The position numbers and the translations under genes were made by a program. The notes beneath the pieces were generated by a model. That model was not told the DNA's origin and did no database searches. It worked only from the letters and a program-made list of their open reading frames with translations. 64,000 nt of DNA from the NCBI GenBank assembly GCA_043822665.1, contig JBDRBM010000034.1, forward strand, positions 3,757 through 67,756, in the 5' to 3' direction. This DNA is from Candidatus Omnitrophota bacterium. Lineage in GTDB: Bacteria; Omnitrophota; Gorgyraeia; Gorgyraeales; Gorgyraeaceae. This document shows positions 46,817-52,578 of this stretch, piece after piece. Within the stretch, counting starts at the first letter, position 1. Each line of letters begins with the position of its first letter.

Positions 46817-47659
46817 ATGCGTTTATCCAGAACATTTAAATGTTGGCTTTTAGTGTTTCTGTTTCTTTTTATGCCGTATCTAGTAGAGGCTATTGAGATT
46901 ATACAGATAGATCAGCCTAAAATAAGGCTGAATGTTTTGCCTGGAAGAAAAAAGGCAGGTACAATCATGGTAAGCAATCCTTCTTCTGAAGCAAAACATA
47001 TTAAGGCATATTTAGAAGACTGGGTATATCTTGGTGCAGGGAATGGTTCTAAAGAATTTAAACCAGCAGGCACTACAGAATTATCAGCGGCTAATTGGAT
47101 TAGTTTTTCACCGGCTGAATTTACCGTGTCGCCGTATGGAAATAAAAAAGTAAGTTACACTATCCAGATTCCAGAAGACGCGAGAGGCGGTAATTACGCG
47201 ATTCTTTTCTTTGAGAGTTTATTGGGAGAACCTCCTGAGATAGAAGGCGGAGTGGTTGTTCCTTTGGCTATCAGGATAGGCGCGTTATTTTATATCGAAT
47301 CTGAAGGAACTATAGTTAGAAAAGCCGGCATAGAAAACATTAAAATTGAAAGAAAAGAAGTTAATTCGCCTTTAATGCTGCAGGCAGACTTTACAAATAG
47401 AGGCAATGTGGATATTACAGCAAACGGCACCTTTTATATTATAGACAAAAACGGCATGGTTTATGGCCGCGGTAGATTTAATGATGTTTATACTTTCCCG
47501 GATTATAAAGTAAAACTATACGCGGAGTGCAAGGAAGTAATAACCGCGGGAGAGTATGACTTGGTAATAACTCTTGAAATTGGCGGAGGAGAGACTTTAG
47601 TAGAAGAATTAAGAATCAAGATAACTTCAGACGGTAAAATTATTACATTTACAGATTAA
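46817..47659 (+). CDS. Secreted two-domain Ig-like protein (PapD-/DUF916-like); candidate periplasmic chaperone
   Basis: Signal peptide ..WLLVFLFLFMPYLVEA. Domain 1: IRLNVLPGRKKAGTIMVSNPS...WISFSPAEFTVSPYGNKKVSYTIQIPEDARGGNYAILFFE. Domain 2: LMLQADFTNRGNVDITANGTFYIIDKNG...GEYDLVITLEIG. The function is inference only. Confidence 0.6.
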   Translation: MRLSRTFKCWLLVFLFLFMPYLVEAIEIIQIDQPKIRLNVLPGRKKAGTIMVSNPSSEAKHIKAYLEDWVYLGAGNGSKEFKPAGTTELSAANWISFSPAEFTVSPYGNKKVSYTIQIPEDARGGNYAILFFESLLGEPPEIEGGVVVPLAIRIGALFYIESEGTIVRKAGIENIKIERKEVNSPLMLQADFTNRGNVDITANGTFYIIDKNGMVYGRGRFNDVYTFPDYKVKLYAECKEVITAGEYDLVITLEIGGGETLVEELRIKITSDGKIITFTD

Positions 47660-47686
47660 ACGTGTAATAAAGTGAGGCTGGTTTTT

Positions 47687-50497
47687 ATGAAGAATTTTGC
47701 GAAAAAGGTATTCATAATTTTTTTTATCGCTACTTTTTTAAATCATTTAATAACCCCTTCGTTTTCGTATACTGGGATACCAAATTTTTTATTAGAGTTA
47801 GGAATCAAAGACTATGAGGATGGAAATTACAACGCGGCGCTAAGTGAATTCAATAAAGTTCTTTTAGTTGAACCTGGACATGAATTGGCTAAAGAATATA
47901 TAAAAAAGATTAGAGGGACGGTTGATGACACACAAAAAGAGACTGCGCCTTCTCCGCAACATGAAAAACTTTCCGGAGAGCTTTTAAGAGAACAGGAAGG
48001 TTTTGTCGAAAAGGCTTCTATCACCGTACCCTCTCCTCCTGTAAGCAAGAAAACCCTTTTGCCTCAAACACGCTTTGACCAGCCTAAAGAATATACTACT
48101 GCTGCTGCAGGAAAAGAGGAGAAGAAAAAAGTAATTGATAGGCTATATTTAGACAGGGGGAGCCTTGAATTAATCTTTATGCCTATAAAGATAGAAGAGG
48201 GTCGCAGCATTATTATTGAGGGGAATAATATAATTCGTTTCTTAGAGGTTACGCCAAATATTATTAATGCTGAAAAGATGTCTCGTGATGAAATTCAGAT
48301 CATAGGCAAGAATATAGGTTTTACGTATCTGCATATTTGGGATAAAAATGGGCGTTGGACAGTTTATTTTCAAGGCTTGCTTCCTAAGCCCACAGGCCCA
48401 ACATTAGAAGAAGAAATGCGCTTAGCTGAACAAAGGGCATCTACTTTCAAATTGCGTTATTCCACGGATTGGTTTTTATTTGAGGAAGGCAGGAGATTGA
48501 ATTCTTTGGATAGACAGTCTTATTCCTATGGTCATTCTTTTTCTCTAACAGGCGAGACGCCTTATGGGAATTTTGCAGGGGATGCCCAGATTAGGACTTC
48601 TCAAGAGACCACGGATTTAACCTATTTATCCTTGAGATTAAGAGACGGTAGATTTGGCCCTTTCGAGGATTTTAATCTTAGGGGATTTGATTTTGGCCTG
48701 CCATTTTCCAACCTTGCTTACGGAGGCGCTGGCTTAAGAGGCATTATGCTGGAGTCACCTGCTTTTGACAAAAAAATAAATTATACTGTATTTTGGGGGA
48801 GAGAGGGCGGCGGCAGATATGGCGGACTTTCTCCAGGCTTACTCGAGACAAAAGATTCTTTTTTAAGAGGCCTTGATATTAATTATCTGCCTTCAGAAAA
48901 TCTGGATTATGGATTTTCTTATTTTTATGGCTGGGGAGCTGATAGAGAGGAGTACTTAAATCCTCAATCGTATGATGGGAGAATAAATTACCATTTTCCT
49001 AATCTGGACTTAGGTTATGAAATAAGCAATGATTCAAAGAAATACGCCCATTTGATAAAATCAGCTTATAGTCTCCCAAAACTGAAACTTACCGCTGAAT
49101 TTCGGGATATTGATAAGGACTTTAAAAGCATTACAGGTTTTGGCTGGCATCTAGGGGAGATAGGAGGGCTTTTTACAGCGCATTATCTTCCTTTCGCGAC
49201 TACACGAATCTTTAGCAGGTTGGATGTTTACAAAGACAGGCTATTTCCAAATCCTGACAAAGGGGATAGGCTGAACTTAGATTATAGTGTTGATTTGACC
49301 CAGGACCTAACCTCTTCCAGTGTATTGAGATTAGATTATAACATCCAGGATGAGCAGGGAAATATATCTCCCCGCAGATTTCAAGCCACGGGAGTGTCTT
49401 TAAATAAATCCTATGATTTTATGAAAGGCCTGTCTCTATACCTTGGTTATCGCAATAGCATCAGTACAAACTTTACATCGCCTAGCTTGGATTACAAAAA
49501 CGACAAATTATCCACGGGGTTAAGGCTTAATCTTATAGGCAATCTTTACTATTACCTCAATAAAGAGGTAAATTGGCTGGAAGAGACGTTTACCGGGATA
49601 GGCTCTCGTCCAGAAGCGCTGGAAATGGGATTTGATTGGTATTATCAAGTATTTGACAGCCCTTTTTATAGCACAATGCGGATTGCTTATCGCGATGAAG
49701 AAGACGCGTTTTCTTCTGTTAGTTTTCTAAGCGGGGAAGACTATATAGAAGGATACGGCGAGATTTCTTATCACCCAAATCCAGACACTGAGATGTATTT
49801 TTCTACGCGAGTGCGTAATGTCTGGGCTGATAGCCCTATAATAGACAAGCGCGTGGAATTTGAGTTGAGGACTGGATTGCGGTATCTTTTTGATACAGGG
49901 TGGAGCTGGAGTTCAGTCGGTTCAATAGAAGGATGTGTTTTTAACGACTTGAATAGCGATGCAATAAGACAGAGTAACGAACCCGGCATGGAAGATGTAA
50001 AGTTATATTTAGGTAAAGATATGGTTCAAGTTAGTGATAGCCAGGGGTATTATCAATTCAAGAAAGTGAGAGCAAAAAAAGTATCAATAGCCATAGATCC
50101 CTCAACATTGCCTCCAGGTTTTGTTTTAACTACATCAGAGGTGCGGGAGGTAGATATAATCCACAATAGAACAGCACGATTAGATTTTGGAGTTGTATCG
50201 CGTTCTGATATCACTGGGATTGTATTTGAGGACTTAAATGCAAATGGCAAGTTTGACTTTAATGATAAAGGCATAGGGAAGGTTATTATTACGCTTGACG
50301 ATGGACAGGTCGCGACTACCAACGGTGCCGGGAGTTATATATTTAGAAATGTTGCGGTAGGCGATCATACTCTTTTTCTGGATATAAACAGCGTGCCTCT
50401 CTATCTTCTGCCGCAAGTTCCCCTTATTAAAAAAATCACCCTTTTCGAGGGGTTATCTTACCAGCATAACATTCCCTTGAGAAAGGGTACGGATTAA
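47687..50497 (+). CDS. Large outer-membrane-type protein: TPR, CpaC/RcpA-N-like domain, predicted beta-barrel and two C-terminal SdrD-B/Cna-B-like repeats
   Basis: Signal/TM MKNFAKKVFIIFFIATFLNHLITPSFS. TPR-like YEDGNYNAALSEFNKVLLVEPGH. IKIEEGRSIIIEGNNIIRFLEVTPNIINAEKMSRDEIQIIGKNIGFTYLHIWDKNGRWTVYF (approx 48164-48376) fits the pilus-secretin N-terminal domain pattern. About 500 aa are aromatic/Gly-rich with alternating hydrophobicity. The C-terminal repeats GCVFNDLNSD...EPGMEDVKLYL...SDSQGYYQF and GIVFEDLNANGKFD...IGKVIITL...TNGAGSYIF start at approx 49919. No secretin or usher motifs were recognised. Confidence 0.7.
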   Translation: MKNFAKKVFIIFFIATFLNHLITPSFSYTGIPNFLLELGIKDYEDGNYNAALSEFNKVLLVEPGHELAKEYIKKIRGTVDDTQKETAPSPQHEKLSGELLREQEGFVEKASITVPSPPVSKKTLLPQTRFDQPKEYTTAAAGKEEKKKVIDRLYLDRGSLELIFMPIKIEEGRSIIIEGNNIIRFLEVTPNIINAEKMSRDEIQIIGKNIGFTYLHIWDKNGRWTVYFQGLLPKPTGPTLEEEMRLAEQRASTFKLRYSTDWFLFEEGRRLNSLDRQSYSYGHSFSLTGETPYGNFAGDAQIRTSQETTDLTYLSLRLRDGRFGPFEDFNLRGFDFGLPFSNLAYGGAGLRGIMLESPAFDKKINYTVFWGREGGGRYGGLSPGLLETKDSFLRGLDINYLPSENLDYGFSYFYGWGADREEYLNPQSYDGRINYHFPNLDLGYEISNDSKKYAHLIKSAYSLPKLKLTAEFRDIDKDFKSITGFGWHLGEIGGLFTAHYLPFATTRIFSRLDVYKDRLFPNPDKGDRLNLDYSVDLTQDLTSSSVLRLDYNIQDEQGNISPRRFQATGVSLNKSYDFMKGLSLYLGYRNSISTNFTSPSLDYKNDKLSTGLRLNLIGNLYYYLNKEVNWLEETFTGIGSRPEALEMGFDWYYQVFDSPFYSTMRIAYRDEEDAFSSVSFLSGEDYIEGYGEISYHPNPDTEMYFSTRVRNVWADSPIIDKRVEFELRTGLRYLFDTGWSWSSVGSIEGCVFNDLNSDAIRQSNEPGMEDVKLYLGKDMVQVSDSQGYYQFKKVRAKKVSIAIDPSTLPPGFVLTTSEVREVDIIHNRTARLDFGVVSRSDITGIVFEDLNANGKFDFNDKGIGKVIITLDDGQVATTNGAGSYIFRNVAVGDHTLFLDINSVPLYLLPQVPLIKKITLFEGLSYQHNIPLRKGTD

Positions 50498-50781
50498 CGG
50501 ACGTAGAATGTGTAAAGGTTGTGCCTTGTTTCCTGCTGTACCAATTGAGGTTTTAAGCTAGAGTCTTCTTCTTTTGTTCCTTCCTCAGCTTCTTCCAGGA
50601 TATTTACATCTCGGTAGGTTTGTTCTTCAACGAGCGGCGCGTTTAATCCAGGAATCTCTGGTATGCTGCAAGATACAGGTATGGAATGGCTTGCCTTTCC
50701 CGCATACGAAGCGTTAGCCGTAAAACATAAAACCATCAAACCTATTAGAATCAATAGGGTTATGCGAGGTATTTTTTTCAT
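50494..50781 (-). CDS. Small secreted protein (95-aa precursor), function unknown
   Basis: GAGGTGAG SD before the ATG at 50781. Signal peptide MKKIPRITLLILIGLMVLCFTANASYA. Acidic middle region; ends LYTFYVR. Its stop codon overlaps the stop of the convergent 941-aa gene by 2 nt. Confidence 0.7.
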   Translation of the reverse strand: MKKIPRITLLILIGLMVLCFTANASYAGKASHSIPVSCSIPEIPGLNAPLVEEQTYRDVNILEEAEEGTKEEDSSLKPQLVQQETRHNLYTFYVR

Positions 50782-50837
50782 TGTTCTCACCTCTTTTTTG
50801 AAATCATACTTCAAAAAGGGTGAGAACCTGTTCAAAT

Positions 50838-50867
50838 AAAAAAACCATTCTTTCGAATGGGTTTTTT
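50838..50867. terminator. Bidirectional intrinsic terminator (expression platform of the riboswitch candidate on the - strand; 3' end of the + strand operon)
   Basis: Stem CCATTC (50845-50850) / GAATGG (50855-50860) with loop TTTC, an A-run on the left and a T-run on the right. Both strands therefore read hairpin plus U-tract. Confidence 0.7.
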
Positions 50868-50880
50868 ATTTGTTTACGAA

Positions 50881-50990
50881 GCCCAAGTTTACCTGGACTA
50901 CGGCAGCCTGACAGCCTTATCTTTTTGAGATTTAGGCTCAAGGCTTTGCGCCCTACCCTTTCGAAGTAGTTAGCCTTTCCTGATTTTCAA
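50881..50990 (-). promoter_or_regulatory. Candidate class I c-di-GMP riboswitch (GEMM-I) aptamer
   Basis: The minus strand reads GGAAAGGCUAACUACUUCGAAAGGGUAGGGCGCAAAGCCUUGAGCCUAAAUCUCAAAAAGAUAAGGCUGUCAGGCUGCCGUAG. Features seen: a GAAA-capped hairpin, the GCGCAAAGCC core, a CCUAAA receptor-like element and a 3' GGCUGCCG. These are in the same order as the Vc2-type aptamer I recall from memory. Confidence 0.6.
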
Positions 50991-51007
50991 AGATTTCTCC
51001 TAATTAA

Positions 51008-51036
51008 AGTATACACTATAAACAGTCCACATTCAA
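51008..51036 (-). promoter_or_regulatory. Sigma70-like promoter driving the riboswitch candidate
   Basis: On the minus strand: TTGAAT (51036-51031), 17 nt, TATACT (51013-51008). The predicted start is ~10 nt before the aptamer. Confidence 0.6.
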
Positions 51037-51088
51037 GCAGTTCTGGTAACAGAGAAATCTTTGAGAGAAGCTTTAAATTCAACTTATC

Positions 51089-51126
51089 CACAATGTAGGT
51101 GACCCTTAAGGGTCACCTACATTGTG
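51089..51126. repeat. 17-bp perfect hairpin with TTAA loop, same family as 16959-16998
   Basis: CACAATGTAGGTGACCC-TTAA-GGGTCACCTACATTGTG. Compare CACATTAGTAGGGGACCC-TTAA-GGGTCCCCTACTAATGTG. Confidence 0.75.
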
Positions 51127-51246
51127 TCCTTGCCAGAACAAAAAGACGAACACCTCCCGCTCAGGGTCTGCGAAAAATCGCTCAAAGTTTCGCACAAAGG
51201 CGATTTTTCTTGACGCAACAAGCTTGACATGATACACTTATGAAAA

Positions 51247-52494
51247 ATGGAGCCATTGATGCAGAGATATTTTTCTCGTAGCTTCGTATTAGTATCTATT
51301 ATTATATCAATTGTCTTCCTGATAAATACCAGATATATATATTCTGTATCACTCAAAGACGATGCGGAATCATATCGCGATGAGGGGTATAAAGCCCAGC
51401 AAACAGGGAAAATAGACGAGGCTATTTCATGGTATCAGAAAGCAGCCAGCCTTGATCCTAACTATGCGGCGCCGCACAATGACCTTGGTATTCTTTTTGA
51501 ATCAAAGGGCTGGCTTGATCGCGCGGAGGCTGAGTACACGGAGGCTGTTTCTATAGACAGTAATTACGCAAAGGCACATACTAATCTAGCGCTTCTTTAT
51601 GAAAGAAAGGGAGAGCTTGAAAAGGCCGCCTTTCATTGGATGAGGCGCTATAAGCTCGGCACACCGCAAGACCCATGGACAGAAGAGGCTAAACAGAGGC
51701 TAGAAAAAATCGGTTTATTAAAAAAAGAGGATACTGCTAAAGCGGCTGTAAAACAGCCTTTGCCTAAAGTGGAACAAATAGCCAAAGAAAGCATTTTTAA
51801 AAAACCCGCTAAGGCAGAAAAAACAAAATACGCATCAGGCGAATGGACATTGATTGGTTCAATGCGCGAACCTTCTGAAAAGAAAAAAACAGGAGCAGAA
51901 ACTAAACAGGCGTCGCGCCGGGAGAAATCAGATCTTGACAGAGATTCCCTTGACGAATCCCTTAGGCTGGCAGAAGAGAGATTAAGACAGGAGAAAGAGA
52001 GAGACGTAAAAGTAAAGCTGATAGAAGAAAAACCCTCTACCGCAAAAAGGTTTGCGGGAAGGGAGATAGATGTCGAGCAGGCGGCTAGTAATAAAAAATC
52101 AGACCTTGATAAAGAGCTGCGGGAATCCCTTAGGCTGGCAGAAGAGAGATTAAGACAGGAGAAAAAGAAAGACGTAAAAGCAAAGCCAATAGAAGAAAAA
52201 CCCTATACCGTAAAAAGGCCTGAATCAGAATATAGCGCCGGGCGTTATTACCAAAAAGCCAATAATTATTTTGCAAAAGGAGAGTATTCCAGGGCGCTTG
52301 ACACAATAAGGTCTGCGAAAAAAACTTACCCGGATGATAAGGGCCTGCTGAGCCTGGAAGAATCCGTAAAAAACAAGATGAAAGAAGAGAGGATAAAGGA
52401 TTATTATAACGAAGGCTTGATGCGTTACCGCGAAAATAATTTTTCAGGCGCAAGGAAAGAATTTGAGGCGATATTAAATATATTGCCAGAATAA
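51247..52494 (+). CDS. Membrane-anchored TPR protein with a duplicated charged 56-aa segment
   Basis: N-terminal TM FVLVSIIISIVFLINT. TPR repeats (YRDEGYKAQQTGKIDEAISWYQKAASLDPNYAAPHNDLG..., a further TPR near the C-terminus). Internal repeat SDLD..ESLRLAEERLRQEK..DVK.K.IEEKP.T.KR occurs twice. Confidence 0.75.
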   Translation: MEPLMQRYFSRSFVLVSIIISIVFLINTRYIYSVSLKDDAESYRDEGYKAQQTGKIDEAISWYQKAASLDPNYAAPHNDLGILFESKGWLDRAEAEYTEAVSIDSNYAKAHTNLALLYERKGELEKAAFHWMRRYKLGTPQDPWTEEAKQRLEKIGLLKKEDTAKAAVKQPLPKVEQIAKESIFKKPAKAEKTKYASGEWTLIGSMREPSEKKKTGAETKQASRREKSDLDRDSLDESLRLAEERLRQEKERDVKVKLIEEKPSTAKRFAGREIDVEQAASNKKSDLDKELRESLRLAEERLRQEKKKDVKAKPIEEKPYTVKRPESEYSAGRYYQKANNYFAKGEYSRALDTIRSAKKTYPDDKGLLSLEESVKNKMKEERIKDYYNEGLMRYRENNFSGARKEFEAILNILPE

Positions 52495-52578
52495 TTTCCC
52501 CTTCCAATTTTTACAGATTTTCTGAAAACATCATGTATCCCAATAAAAATCTCAAATGATCGTTACCCCGGACAAACT

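Noticed and set aside
51210-51238. TTGACG-17nt-TACACT promoter for the TPR gene
   Set aside because: The hexamers are plausible, but the predicted start would fall only a few nt before ATG 51247. That would require a leaderless mRNA or a different start codon, which is too uncertain to list as a feature.
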